DNA from: Azolla caroliniana
Taxonomy: Eukaryota > Plantae > Polypodiophyta
Direction: 5' to 3'
Assembly (NCBI GenBank): GCA_043228905.1
Contig: JBHGNT010000003.1
Span: forward strand, 17,980,001 to 18,044,000
DNA length: 64,000 nucleotides
Shown here: one piece after another, positions 49,072 through 62,550 of the stretch
Layout of the letters: each line of letters starts with the position of its first letter
Position numbering within the stretch: the stretch's first letter is position 1
Notes under the pieces: generated by a model
The model's input: the letters and a program-made list of their open reading frames with translations, nothing else
Database searches by the model: none
What the model was told of the DNA's origin: nothing
Position numbers and translations under genes: made by a program

Positions 49072-51300
49072 TGTTTACCCTGGGTCAGACTTCAGCCACA
49101 AACAAAAGCTATCCCTTTCCGGAATACTTCTCCAAAGGTGTGGTTAGAGAGATGGATTAATGCTTCATTACACTAATAAACGTATCCGGAACACATACAC
49201 AGTATCCGCTTATAGGTTACACATATAAGAAATTGCAAGCACAGACAACAAGTACACAAGATAAAACAACAAGAGTTATATTATTCGCTCTCTAATACAT
49301 ACAATCCAGATCCTTTCGTGACTCTGACTCTTCTCTCTACATCTCTGACTGAGACTTTGGTTGGTGTGTCTTCAAGGTACTCGGCTCAACTTGTAGGTCT
49401 TCATCACTAATATTAATTTGTTCTGCCTTTGCCTAACTGCTTTTCGCGTTCTCTCCCGTTCATAGGCCTCCAACTCCAATGTTACCTGCAGTTGGTTGTC
49501 TTCAAACTCCTCCTGGAGCTTCCAGACCTTGTGGCGTAGAAATCTTCCGACAACTCCTTCTGGATGGTGATGATGCTTTCTTGGTCCATCTGATAGAAGT
49601 TGTCATCGGATTTCTTTCGGTTCTCTACATAAGCTCGTAAGATTTGGAGTTCGGCTACCTGATTTGACCATTGGTCCCATATAACCACGGAACATTCTTC
49701 CAATCTCGCTGGCCTCCAACAATCATTCGGATTCGCTTAAGGCCCATTTGCACCTTCTCCTCCGTGGCCTACTTTTCTTGTTTCAGCTGCTTGATTAGTT
49801 GCATGGTGGCCTTAGCATGGATCTCATAGTTTGCTGCTTGGGTCTAGTAGGACATTTACACTTTATTCAATACAACCTTCGTTCTACTACCCGACTATGA
49901 TCCAACAACAACTCCATTCGTTCCTTTGTCGCGCCCTCCAATAGCTTCGATGTTGTTTCCGCCAACACCTTCTCTTGCACCATCAAGGCCTCCGTTTTTT
50001 CTTTGACTTCTGTGTGGGCTTCCTTGAGCTTCTCGCACTGTTGGTCGTACTCCTTCGTTTTTTCTTTGAGATGTTGATTTCCTTGTGTGTGCAGCTGATT
50101 GTCCCGATCCTTCTACTACAAGAGCTCTTCTTTCAATCATTCGATTTCGGTTTCTGCCATCCTCTAGAGCTTGTCCTTTTCTTGTTGCAGCGCGTCCTTC
50201 TCTTCTTTCAACCGGTCCATGTTTCCTTGCATTCTTCGAAGTCCTTCCTCCATTCTCTGCTTCTCATCTTCGGCTGATTTCTGTAACTATTTTTCTTTTT
50301 CCTTCAATGTCTTTTGAGCAACCAATTCATCCTTTAGAGCCTCCCATTCTCTTTCTTTCTCCAGTGCCATCGCTGCAACTGGTTCCTTCCTCCGAGCCTC
50401 CACCGGTACTATGCCCCGTACATTTGTTTCCGGCTTTATTGTTGTCCTGGCCTAGATGGACCTGTATGGCCAATAATGCCTTGGCCCGTTGCAACTCTTC
50501 CTCCAATGTCTGAATACGGCTTTGGGCCTCCGACAATTGTCCGGCCATCGCCGCTGTCCTTTCCGCCTGTGTGGGTCGACTCATCCATTCCCGTTGTTCT
50601 GTGTCCACCCTTTCTGCCACCCCGGTGACCTAGTGTCCTAAACATTCAAGTATTTGCCAACAAGTCCCATGTTGGGTGATTACGACAAACTCCTGTGTTG
50701 CCACCGATATCCCTCCTTGTTCACCGGTTTCTCTTAGGAACAACAACACCGGTTCTTCTTGCGTATCTGGTTCCAGATCCCTCAGGACCTCAGGCCCTCA
50801 AGCCAGTTGCTGACCTCATTAGTTTGCTAATTGGCTTGTCCCGGTTGAGTGCGCCTTTCTGGCTCCGATTCATTTTGAACCGGTTGAACCTCTTCCGATC
50901 TTGCTGTGTCTGCACTCCACCGGCCTTGGCTCCACCACTGTTGAGCTGACGGTCGGTGTTCTGTCCAACTCTGGACTTGATCCTCTCTCCTTTTTCTCGT
51001 CCTGACACACTCTTCTACATCTCTGGACAGGTTTCTCTTCTTCTTCCAGCTCTTCATCCAACCCTTCCTCCTCGATAGTCTCCTAGTGTGCTCTACCGCC
51101 GGACTGTCCTTGCACCGTATCTTGCCACTTCAACTTAATTCAAACAGGTTCTGATGGTTCGGGAAATGCTCCTCTCATAGTAGTTGGGGGCGTTTTTTAT
51201 TGTCATGACTCTTCTTTAGCCCAACCGGGGGTATGAGTAGCAAGCTGCTGCTACCTCTTCGACGACTATTGCGACGTTGTCTCTTTTCTTCCCCTTTGCT
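49072..51300 (-). mobile_element. Minus-strand insert with LTR-like end and degenerate charged/coiled-coil ORFs
   Basis: Begins TGTTTACCC inside the Copia RT (after CRLRKS); minus-strand frames are E/K/R/Q-rich (e.g. LSEAQSRIQTLEEELQRAKALL); right boundary undefined. Confidence 0.55.
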
Positions 51301-53743
51301 TGGGCTTGATCGTGAGTTGTGGTAGCGTGAGAATGTTGAGTGACAAGCTCAACGTTGGGTGTGTAACACAGTGCGTAACCCAGTGTGTAGATTGGGTGCG
51401 TAAAACAATATGCATAACTTGGCCGTATTGGTGCGTAAACCGAAAGGCCGTTAGTATGGTATTCCTCGTAAGGAATAATTTTGGGAGTTAGTATAGTAGG
51501 CTCATTTATGAGCAGTCAAGTACTGTCAGTACTTCTGTCAGCCCGATAGTCGGGGCTTGTATAAAAGGTGCTCACTGAGCATGAAGTATGTACAGAGTGT
51601 CATTATTTTGAAATAGAACTGAGTTGTCTGCTCCCTCTCTCTCCCTCTCTCTCTCTCCCTTTCCATCTCCATCTCTGCATTTTCTATGTTTTACCAAACT
51701 ATCGTTCTTCAAACAATGTACTTTGTGTTTTGCATACGCTTCCACACACGTATTCTTTTACATGGTATTAGAGCGCGAGGGTTGAAGTCTTCTACAACCG
51801 ACAGAAAAGCTTGCGATAGAGACATAGTTGAGTTGTTTCGGAAAAGATAAGAGAACAACATGGACAGAGGAATGGGAAGCTCGCTACCGACTGAGAAGCT
51901 CGATAGGAGCAACAATGCATCTTGGTCGTACAAGATGCACCAGTACCTGCTCGGTCACGGCTACTGGAGTTATGTCGAAGAAGCTAATGATGTAGCACTT
52001 GATTCGACACACAAAGATTTTTCAGCTTGGGAACAAGTGACAAGCAGAGTTCTCTACTGCTTTGCATCCTGTGTGAGCGACCAACTATTGAGCTATATTC
52101 AGGATGCTAAGATGCCAAAGGACGCATGGGCGAATCTCATAAAGCTTTTCGCCACAAGCACAATGGCCAGGAAGCTATAACTCAGGCAGGAGCTCAACAA
52201 TGTCCGACAGAAAGATTTGTCTGTGGCTGATTACACGACCCGAATCAAGGAAATCTGTGACTCACTCGCCTCTGTCAATATGAACGTCGAGGAGGACGAG
52301 ATGGTTCAAGTGTGCCTTGGTGGGCTAGCGTCCAGGTTCGGAGCTTTCCGAACGGCGGTATGTACGAGGGAGAATACGCCGTCATTTTTCGAGCTTCAAT
52401 CGATGTTGCTCATAGAGGAAAACAATGCGGGTGCATCGACGAGTACGCACGTTGACAACAATATGTTGTACACGGAGGATGATAGGCTCCGTGGTCGTGG
52501 TGGAAGAGGCGGATCGGCGCGCAATGGAGGCGGCCGACAAGAGTAGAACAAGCGGCATAATTGAAATATCGACAACAGTTCCGGACCCTCCACAAGCAGG
52601 GGGAGTCATGGCGGCACCGGAAGCTGGCAAGAGAAGGCTGCGTCGGAATGCTGGTACTGTGGCAAGAAAGGCCACAAGGAGAGCGAGTGTTGGAAAAAGA
52701 GAGCCGATTCAGACAAAGCTGGATCAAGCCGAAGAGATGCAGAGAGGCGTCAAAGGTCGCACTACGCTGAGGACTCCGAACGAGGTGGAAATGGATCGGG
52801 CCCCGCCTTCATAATGAAGCATAAGGCCAATTCTATGGCTGTGAACACCTCAAAATCGAGTGAGGTGTGGCATGTTGATTTCGGAGCGTCAAATCATATG
52901 ACGAGTCATGAGGAATGGTTCTCATACTTGGAGAAACTAGAATCGCAAGGAGTGGTCGAAACGGGAGACGACACTCCGCATACCATCAAACATGTCGGCG
53001 AAGTTCTCCTCAGCCACGTTGGGCAGAAAGTGAAACTCATGAACGTGTTGAATGTCCTGCCAATAACGAAGAACCTGGTGTCGGTCGGTCAGATTGTCGA
53101 CCAAGGAATGCAGGTTCGATTCCCGCATCTAGGGTGCTTCATAGAAGAGGAAGGCAAAGTAATCGCGCAAGGGCGCCGTGAAGGGAGGATGTTTATCCTC
53201 GGAACCAACAATATGGGCACCGCTATGTTTGCGAAAGGGCAGAAGGTCGAGTCGGACATCGACCTATGGCATAAGCGGTTCGGCCATATTAACTTCCCGC
53301 GGCTTCGTGAAATGTAGACAAAGAACATTGTGTTCGGCTTGCCGAAATTTCGAGGCCGGAATGGCCAAGTTTGCGAAGCCTACCAGATGGGAAAACAACA
53401 CCGATTTCCATTCCCCAACGAGCGTAATCGTAATCGAAATCCGCTAGATTTGATCCATTCGGATGTGTGGGGTCCGGCACAAAATGTGAGTCTCAGTGGA
53501 AGCAGTTAATTTGTAACCTTCATTGATGACTTTACTTGGCACACGTGGGTATGCACGATCGCGAAGAAGAGCGAAGTCTTCACATGTTTCCTGAAGGTGA
53601 AGAGCCTTGCGGAAAGGGAAATAGGGCGTAAGATCAAATGCCTACGGTTCGATGGCGGGAAGGAGTACTTCTCCGACCAATTCACAAGTTATCTACAGGA
53701 GGAGGGAATTCGACACGAATTCTCGTGTAGATACACACCGCAG
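51300..53743 (+). mobile_element. Ty1/Copia family B copy 2 (LTR end, PBS, gag, protease, integrase start)
   Basis: LTR ends TTTACA at 51762; PBS TGGTATTAGAGC; gag from 51860 (EKLDRSNNASWSYKM); CWYCGKKGHKESEC; WHVDFGASNHM; LIHSDVWG; KIKCLRFDGGKEY. Confidence 0.9.
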
Positions 53744-54585
53744 TGGGAACGGGGTGTGCACGGATGCACACAAAAAGGGGAGTCTTTATTAAAAACAAAT
53801 ATACATATTGAAGTATTGTAAGTACTAGGTAGAGAATGCTATAAGGTACTTTTGATGCCCACAAAAAGAGGAGAATAAAGCGTGTGATGGGAGAGAATCA
53901 AGAGGAGGATCACTGATAAAAAAAGGTTGTCATAAAGGATGATGTAACCAACCATCCTTGAGATATAGAAGGAAGGAAGGAAGACCTTTTGGGGGGGTCA
54001 TTTTGGAGAGGGGAATGTGTTGTTGGTTTGCAAATTTCGGTTTCCCTCTTATGTGTAGTCGGTGAAGGAAGGTGAGGCCTCTGCTCGCTAGGAAGCCCGC
54101 GTGCTCCCAACCAGAGGCTAATCGTTTCTGTGTGTCAGTGTGTGTTCGGAGCTCGAACCTCTGTTGTCGGCCAAGTCCAGTTGTATTTTCTATCATTTAA
54201 TCGATTTCTGGTTTGCTGTATCTAAATCTCGCTCTGTGTGTGTGTTTGGGTTTGCATTCTAGTCTCTATTTTTGTCCGTTTTTCGCGTTTTTACTTGAGT
54301 CTTTTGTTTTTCCATAAAAAATATGCTCCATTGGTATTAAAATTAACAATGCCAAAGGAAATATACCATAATACGGCGACAGGCCTGGATAGAATACAAG
54401 TTCTTGCAAGCCCACGCACTCTATAAAGACCTCTAGCAACCGAACAAGACATTCTCTGCAAGGTTGGTGGTCTCTCTGGCTCCTTAGTTCAAGACCCCAG
54501 TGGTTCCGCTCGTTCCGACACAGACATGCAGATTTCATGACAACATTTTGATAAGTCGACTCCAAAAAATCTTGCTCAACACAAC
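53744..54585. mobile_element. LTR-like non-coding sequence separating family B integrase from family C RNase H
   Basis: Abrupt loss of the Copia frame after YTPQ; no coding motif; boundaries and TSD not resolved. Confidence 0.4.
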
Positions 54586-55399
54586 ACCTCGAAGCACATT
54601 GATGTGAGACATCATTTCATTCGGGACTACCATTTTAGGGAAAATCGACCTCAAGAAGATATCTACAATCGATAATGTCGCTGATGGGATGACAAAGTAT
54701 CTTTTGACGGATCAGTTCCGATCCATTCGGCACCAAATGGGCGTAACGAAGAATCAACTTGATTGAGTCGAACACTCATCATGGTTTCGGACAATTAGCA
54801 TCGAAAGTTCAAAGTTCAGCTTCAGCTCTTCCGACCCAGGCTGACCCGGTCTTATGTTCTCAGATTTTGTCGACTCGAACAAAGCTGACTTGTCCGACAA
54901 CCTTGTATAAATCTGTATTTCTTGTTCATTCATTTTTACAGATTTTTATTGCGCCCATTACAAGGGAGTGTCGAATACGGATCTCTAATGGACGTATTCA
55001 CATTGTCCCATTGGACACACTAGGTTTAGGCTATTTCTTTAAATAGTGGAAATGGCAGTTGCCCTAAGTCAGTTAGTATTTAAACTAACTCTTGTAACCT
55101 AGTGTAAAGGTTAATATTCATTTTGTACATTGTGCTATTGTAACTCTCTAAGAATAATACAGTTACATCTGGCTTGTGCCTACTTTGTTGTCTCTCTTCC
55201 CTTGTTCCATTGTTGATCTTGTCTTATGATTCAATTGTCCATTGTTGTCATCCTATTTCTTTGTACTCGTTGAAGATCTTCAACTCAAAGAGTGTTGAGA
55301 TTGTTCCGCACTTGACGGTCGGTTCCAACTCTCTCAAGTAATGTCCCAAGCGGTTCAGTGTGATAATCGTCTTTTGAACTTTGTCAGGAAGAACGTGGG

Positions 55400-57500
55400 A
55401 CTCGAGGGTTTCAGTCCTACCGAAACACATCAATAACCATGCCATATGTATCAATTTTGCCAACCACACCAACCTTACCATCTTCCACTGATACACATAC
55501 CTCGATGGAGGCCGATACCCATACCCCAATGGAGATCAACCACGCTTGGTTCCAACCAGTAGTTGATGCCCAATGCCAACATCGACGTGACAATGGCCTC
55601 TTTCTCTATTGTGGTACCCCCGGCCATGTCATCCAGCATTGCCCTGTGTAGGGCACTCAACACCAATTCCACCATGCCTATCACGTAGAGGTTTCTCGAC
55701 AACAAAAAAATGACCAAGTCTGGTTGTAGTAGGAGCCATGCCATTGGTCGTTTTTCATTACCCAACTTCTCTGTGATTCTACAATTGAGTTACGCAGTTA
55801 GGAGGTTATGCTTTGAAAGTAAGTCTTTGTTTTGGGTACAATCTGATGCCTTGCGCAACTCCATAGCATCTACTTGTTTTATCGATATCTCGTTGGTCCA
55901 AACACATAATATCCCCACTGTTTACACATCCCAACCCATATCCATTGAAGCGATCGACGAATGGGTTCTCTCTTCGGGGGCGGTTACAGAAGCCACCATC
56001 CCATTGGTACTTCAACTTGGGCTTCACCAGGGGGGTACTAACATTCTACTTCATTGCAACCCCCCGACATCCAATTGTTTTAGGGCTATCTTGGTTGGAG
56101 ACAAACAATCCGATAGTGGATTGGTGCAACCGCTCCATCACTTTTTCATAAACACCAATGTGGCCAATTCCTGTTGGGTCACTACACTCTATTGATTCCC
56201 TTGCGGCGATTCCGGCTTGGTCGCTACACTCTTGGTTATGTTGCGAGACGTCTTCATTCCTGTCAACAATTTGCCCCTACGACTGCCCAATCGAACTCCA
56301 AGATGGCACACATCCACCATTCAGTCCCATCTATGGCCTATGTAAACCCAAGCATGAGGCTCTCCGCACATATCTAGATGAAAGCCTCGCGAAGGGCTTC
56401 ATATAACCCTCCAAATCACCAACTGGGGCCCCAATCTATTTTTCAAGAAGAAGGATGACTCATTACGCCTATGTGTGGATTATCGAGGTCTCAACAAAGT
56501 TATGGTGCGTAATCTTTATCCCTTGCCCTTAATTCCAACACTCCTTGATCAACTCCGAACCAGGTGTATCTTCTCCAAAATTGACCTTCGGGACCCTACA
56601 ATCTAGTACACATGAAGCTTGGAGACAAGTGTAAAACGGCCTTCTGGACACGCTGTCGTGCCTTTCAGTGCTGGATCGTTGCGTGAGTCGGGTGGGAACC
56701 ACTGAGGTTTTGGACTAGGAGAAAAGAAAATTCTAAGGCAATGAAGAATATGAAATATGTTGTAAGAAAGAAAGATATGAAAAACTCGTGAATCCCACGA
56801 GTATAGTATATTAGTGAGTACTCAGATTAAGAGAGAAAAATAGTTAGCAAATTCGTGAATCCCACGAATATATTATATTAATCAACCCTTGTAAAATAAT
56901 CAACAATCTCTATACATCTTTCTCTCTTCCTTATATAGTGTTGGAAGAGTCTAAGTTTATCACATGCAAGCATCATGCTTTTCCTATCTTTAGTTTTCAT
57001 GCACACTGCATGTGCATGATTAGCTTTCTATCTCATCTTTTCTTTTAACTCGAGTGTCTATGCATGAATAACTTTTTGTACCATGCATGTCTAGAGTATT
57101 TACATGGGATAAAGTTTAGTATAACTTTAAAAGTCATAATACGCTAGTATAATGATAAGGCTTAACATTATTAACATGGAGGTGCAAGGTTCGAATCTTG
57201 CCCTATGCATGTAATATATAATTTTATACTTTCTTCTATTTACAAATGTGTCTCTTCATTTGGTGAGAGACTCTCACCGGCCTTCTTCATCCCGCTCTTG
57301 CCGGGTCTCCTTACCGGTTTCGGTCCTCACCGGTTCTTCCTTCCGGTTCTCACTGGGTACTCCATATCCTATCCGGAGAAACCAAAAATGTAATTTTTCA
57401 CGTAGTGTGTGAATTACACTACGACAACGTTATGCGCATTTCGAGTACAAGGTGATGCCACTCGGTCTCACCAACGCCTCGGTAGTCTTCTAGCACCAAC
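55400..57500 (+). mobile_element. Degenerate Tcn1-like Gypsy fragment (gag end, protease, RT start)
   Basis: [49 protein letters not shown]; KTAFWT|RYAHFEY joined across the 56654-57426 insert. Confidence 0.85.
56654..57426 (-). mobile_element. 773-bp non-coding insert (probable solo LTR) with 4-bp TSD
   Basis: Termini TGTCGT...ACGACA; flanks ACGC/ACGT; the host RT frame is restored on removal; two copies of the hairpin TCGTGAATCCCACGA. Confidence 0.8.
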
Positions 57501-57639
57501 GCCCTGGTCTAATCAAGGTGAACAACACGAGTTACAAAAGCATAAGTTGAGTTCTTATTCTCTTTCTCTTGTCTATTCTCTCTCTTAATACTTAGTCTCA
57601 TCTTGGTTAAGCTTATTTACACTCGTCTATGATAGCTCG

Positions 57640-58530
57640 TCCCGATCAATCGACAACGAGTTTGGTGTACACATCATGCGGACACCAAGAGTTAAGAAGG
57701 CCCTTGAATCAACAAGCAAGAAACTTCACCAATCAACTCTGTAGAAGAAACCAATCGTGAGTACATGGCGCCTCATTATACGTTTATGATGGAAGTGGCA
57801 ACTATTCGAGAGCTTGATAGGTTCACCGAAGCAACTGAAGATCCTTGATGGACGATGGATGGAAGCCATAGAGGAGGAGATGCAAGCATTGGTCAACAAC
57901 AACACATGGGACCTTGTCCCATCCTCCGAACAAAAGAAGGCTATCAAATGCCGATGGCTGTACAAAATCAAGTACAATGCCGATTGGCACCGTCAATCAA
58001 TACAAAGCTCAACTTGTAGCAAAAGGTTATGCTCGGACGCACAAGATCGACTACAAAGAGACCTTTGCCCCAATGGCAAAGATGGCGACACTATTAATCA
58101 TACTAGCAGCGATCACGATAGCGAAAGGGTGGCATCTTCACCAATGGACGTGAAGAATGATTTCCTCCAGGGGGGTCTAGAAGAAGTGTACACTCGAATT
58201 AAAGTCTAAAGCACATCCCGTGTCAATATGCCGATTGAAAAAGTTTCTCTTTGGCTTGAAACAAGCTCCAAGGGCATACCACTCAAAGATAATGCGATAT
58301 CTTTATCAAATCAGCTTCAAAGTGTCAAAATCCTACAACTCATTGTATATTCAGAATAGTCAACGAAACACGCTCTTTATCATCTTGTATGTTGACAACC
58401 TAGCCATTGGAGGAGAAAGCCTCAAAGACATCAAGCGTGTGAAAACAAAAGTTCTCAGCAACTTTGAGAAGAAGGAAGGATATGGACGAGCTCCATTATT
58501 TCTTAGGAATCGAAGTCAACCGAACATCAA
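57640..58530 (+). mobile_element. Degenerate Copia RT fragment
   Basis: WMEAIEEEMQAL..NNTWDLV, YKAQLVAKGY, GLKQAPRA, ILYVDNL. Confidence 0.85.
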
Positions 58531-58554
58531 CGCGGTTACATTTCGAACCTATAG

Positions 58555-58800
58555 TTCAAATTCAACATGGCCAAGTGCTTCTTCGCCCATCCATCATCAG
58601 CTATTGAGCCATAGATGTTATAGAGAGGCCCAAAATGTAACTTCTTTGTGTACAAAATGTATTGATAGCTTACGAGATAGATTTTGTTCAAATTCAACAT
58701 GGCCAAGTGCTTCTTCGCCCATCCATCATCAGTTATTGAGCCATATATGTTATATATAGAGAGAGACCCTAAATGTAACTTCTTTGTGTACAAAATGTAT
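58555..58800. repeat. Tandem duplication, ~132-bp period
   Basis: TTCAAATTCAACATGGCCAAGTGCTTCTTCGCCCATCCATCATCAG...GTACAAAATGTAT starts at 58555 and again at ~58687. Confidence 0.85.
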
Positions 58801-61800
58801 GCTTAGTAGCTAGATTTTGTGTCATGCAAGAAGGATGGAAAAGATTGGGGGAGGCTGCGGTGGACAGTGAGCGGCGCTGAGAGGATGGTGAGCAGGAGCT
58901 GCTAGGGCTAAGACATGGTCCCTCCACCACCGAGAGAGGGGGGTGTTCGTTGCTCCGTCGCCAGCCTAACACGTTGTGCCCCACCACTTTAAGGCGACAG
59001 ACGCTTCTCCCTCCGGAGAGGCTCCGGCCGTCACTCTCGGCTTGGAGCAGGCGCGCCCACAATAAGCCACCTGCCGGTCCTTTAGCACAACGGAGCCATG
59101 CCTCCACACAGCCTCCACACATCCCCCTGTTAAGGTTACAAGTACAAACATACCCAGGATGAAAATAAAAGGCTTCTACTTATTTATATATATCACTACA
59201 TTCCTCTAATGCATCAATATGTGGGATAAATCAATGTCTCTTCTTCTTTCATTATACATATAAGTCTCATCATACATACATGATACACACATACACACGT
59301 GCCTACACACCATACACATTTATTTATGCTCCGACTTGCACTCCTTGCCCCACCTTGTGTATACATAACTTATACGCGTCCCTTCGGTTGTGCATCCTAG
59401 GCACAATGCATGAAAATTTCTCATTAGTTCTCTCCTTGAGGTGAACACTTCTGTGTCCTTTTGTGGAACTTGTTGTATCACTCTTTTCATGTAACCCTAA
59501 GGGAATTGCTATTCCACCCTACCACTCACTTCCTTAGTTAAAACTGATTACCAACTAAAACAACGAAATTTGGTTATTTTGCAACCTCCCGTATTCTAGT
59601 TTCTTCGACTTTCAAAGTGCCAAAGTAGTTGGTTCTACCTAAAATTTACCAAACGCTAAGGGATTTGTGTAAAGCTTGGTTGTTGAGCTCAACATGAGAG
59701 AACTCAAAAGATTCTCTTATGTAGAGCCCATTGTGTGTAAACCCACTGTCACTCAATAAACCTAGAAGTTCTATCTTGTGGACCCAACATAACAAAATTG
59801 ACAGTGTTTTGTCATGTGGAGAACACACTATAGAACTCAAAGACCTCTATCACGTGAACTCACCATGGTAGAACTCAGTGAAGAGGGCACATCTCGAGGA
59901 GTAGAGGGAGCAATGACATGTGTTGCTACTGTAGGCTATGTTGTTGCTTGCAATAGAAGACAACACCACCCTTCCCCCCTACCCTAGTTCAATGTCAAGC
60001 CTAGGGTTGATCCTACAACTCTTAAATTTTACCCGTACCTCCATTTTCCTTGTAATCCAAAACCTTATATCTCAAAAAAAGAAGAAAAAAGCGGGATCTT
60101 TATGTTTTTTCGAATACCCTAGATTTCCAGTGAAATACATCTACAAATATAATTCTTAATTCTTAAAGCCTACACCCAACCCTCCTTTTAAAGTATATAC
60201 AAATACACATATTTACATATAAATACACACACACAATTACACAGAAGCATAAAAGCACGTAAACATAATTTGCGAACGCAAATCCTTTCACGTACACACG
60301 TGCAAAAACAAGTACATAAGGTCATCAAGTGCATTGTACACATTGTTCAATATAAAAACATAGATGTTATACACAATTACATGTGCATTCACCTTCACGT
60401 ATATCCAAAGCACATGGACAAGCATGCAAGAGTGTGCACATGCACACACACTATTGCACAGATATTACTTGTACAAACTTAAAAACAAAAGTTTACTAGA
60501 ATACCACCACGTTCTAGTGCACCTTATTTCCAAACACATGTGTTGACCCCAAGTGTGTTATGTTGAGCACACTTCTATGTATCAACAAAGTTTTGCCTCC
60601 ATATTGATATTGTCAGCTTAGTGATTCGGACCGTCTTATACACTATTGGTGGTGAACTGGGTGAGAGTGATTTTCTATCTCTCTCGAGTTGCTAACCTTG
60701 GGACCCCTAATCTTGTGCACTCTTAACATTGGTCACACTAAGATGTTCCTAGCTAAGAAGTTAACTTTAACTTTAAGACAGTATAAATGTAAGTATAAAC
60801 ACACATGGAAGCACCAAGCTACATGTGTTACTACTAAAACACTTTGAGTAAGAAGCAAGATCATCAACATGTACAAAGAGACGAGTGAAGGGGGTTGTAG
60901 AGGATGGGGAAAGTGGTGAAGAGTGGCACCGGTGTTAGGATGTGGTGTGTGTAAAGGGGGGAAATGTTTATAAGAGTCTAAGGTTATAATCAAGAAGTAT
61001 TGAGAAATATCGAAGTCTAAATTCGAACCAATGAAAAGATGTAGTGGATAGAACAAACACTTGGAATGATAAGATGCAAGGTTTGAAACCTTCTTGTGCT
61101 ACAAAAAGCGGAAACAATGGTTTTTAATATAAATGATAGAAGGATAAAGAATGTACTTTTCTGAAAATTGAGCTAGGACAAGTGGTGACTGATGCTACAA
61201 GTTATTATTTTGGCAAGGGCCCTCCTAAAACCTATAGAAGGAGGAGGAGAACTCATTGTCAATGATGGTCATTTTGGGATTCAAGGAGGAGGTCCACCCA
61301 AATTTGGTTTGACACAAGGTAGTGAATCATGAGTGTGTGTAGGAGGCCTATGATGATAAGAGGCAACGTGACCATCAATCATAGTCGTCGAGCATAGCCA
61401 CTATGCCAAAACTCAAGGATCTCTTTCCAACACAATTTTTATTTGTTATTTCATCTTCTTTATTTCTTACACCATATGTGACATGGTTTATATTTGTAAA
61501 ACTAAGAGAGTGTAAAACAAAGTGCTCATTGGAGTTGAGAGCAAAAACATTGATTTTGATATATTAGAGATTTAAATTTTCAATGAATGATGTATTTGGT
61601 ACATGATAAATTGCTACAAAACTTGTATCTATTCACACTATAGAATTTTTGGATCAAATATTTATGTGAAAAAATTATATTTTCATAAGAAGCAAAATTC
61701 CTACCTAGAATTCCAATGGTTCCATCACCATCACCAAAACATTCTAAGTTAGTTAAATTAGAATTTCTTACTCGAGCATATTCTAAGTCGAAGTGGAAAA

Positions 61801-62159
61801 TTTATGAGTGACAAGATTCAAACCCATATTTCTTTGAAACCCAACACCCTACCATTGGACGATACTTGTCCAAGAAGAAGGACAAGAAGCCCTATAGGTT
61901 GTTCCGGCCTAGGCTTTGCCACTAGGTCGTCAAAGCATGGTCTAAGGTCGAAACAAGAAGGCCTAAAAGTAAAAAGAAAGAAAATGGGGAAAGAAAAGTA
62001 AAAGGGACAATGTAAGAAGACGAATCGAGGCAGACCAACAATTAACACTCGACATCAACCAATCACACAAAACTTTCCCCTTTCTTTTACACTACTCCCC
62101 TCTTTAGGACCTACCCAGGAATAAGAGAACCTCCATAATCCATAAAATAACCCTACGCA

Positions 62160-62550
62160 CCAATATACAATTACACACAGAAAAATACATAAACACATAT
62201 ATATAAAGAAAATTATATATACACATCTCCACTTACACATACACATATACTTACATTATTACATATATATGTAAACTCATATGTACATACTTATAAAAGT
62301 AAACATATACATATATATTTCGTATACATATACTTGAACTTACCCATTTACATGCACATACATACACATATGCACATTTTCAAATATTGATACAAACACA
62401 CATATATACATACCTTATATATTTACAAAAGCACATAGTGCCCATGAAGTGCACACATACAAGTGCATATACACCATGCACATACTTACACATCAAAACA
62501 TGCATGCATATATATATACATACATACATATTTGCTTGTACATATATGTG
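62160..62550. repeat. Low-complexity CA/TA-rich tract
   Basis: Degenerate (CATA)n/(CA)n/(TA)n; similar tracts at 59260-59330, 60190-60480 and 63440-63610. Confidence 0.7.

Larger units (their letters stand above)
44502..55329 (+). mobile_element. Decayed Ty1/Copia element (family C) with multiple nested inserts
   Basis: Related LTRs at 44502-45370 and 54969-~55329; PBS TGGTATCTGAG at 45373; gag KFNGSNFNFWK, CNYCEKPRH; protease WLLDLGASYH; RT QLDVK; RNase H KHIDVRHHFIRD (~54590); PPT AAGGGAG. Flanks do not match as a TSD, so this may be a mosaic of two copies. Confidence 0.78.
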
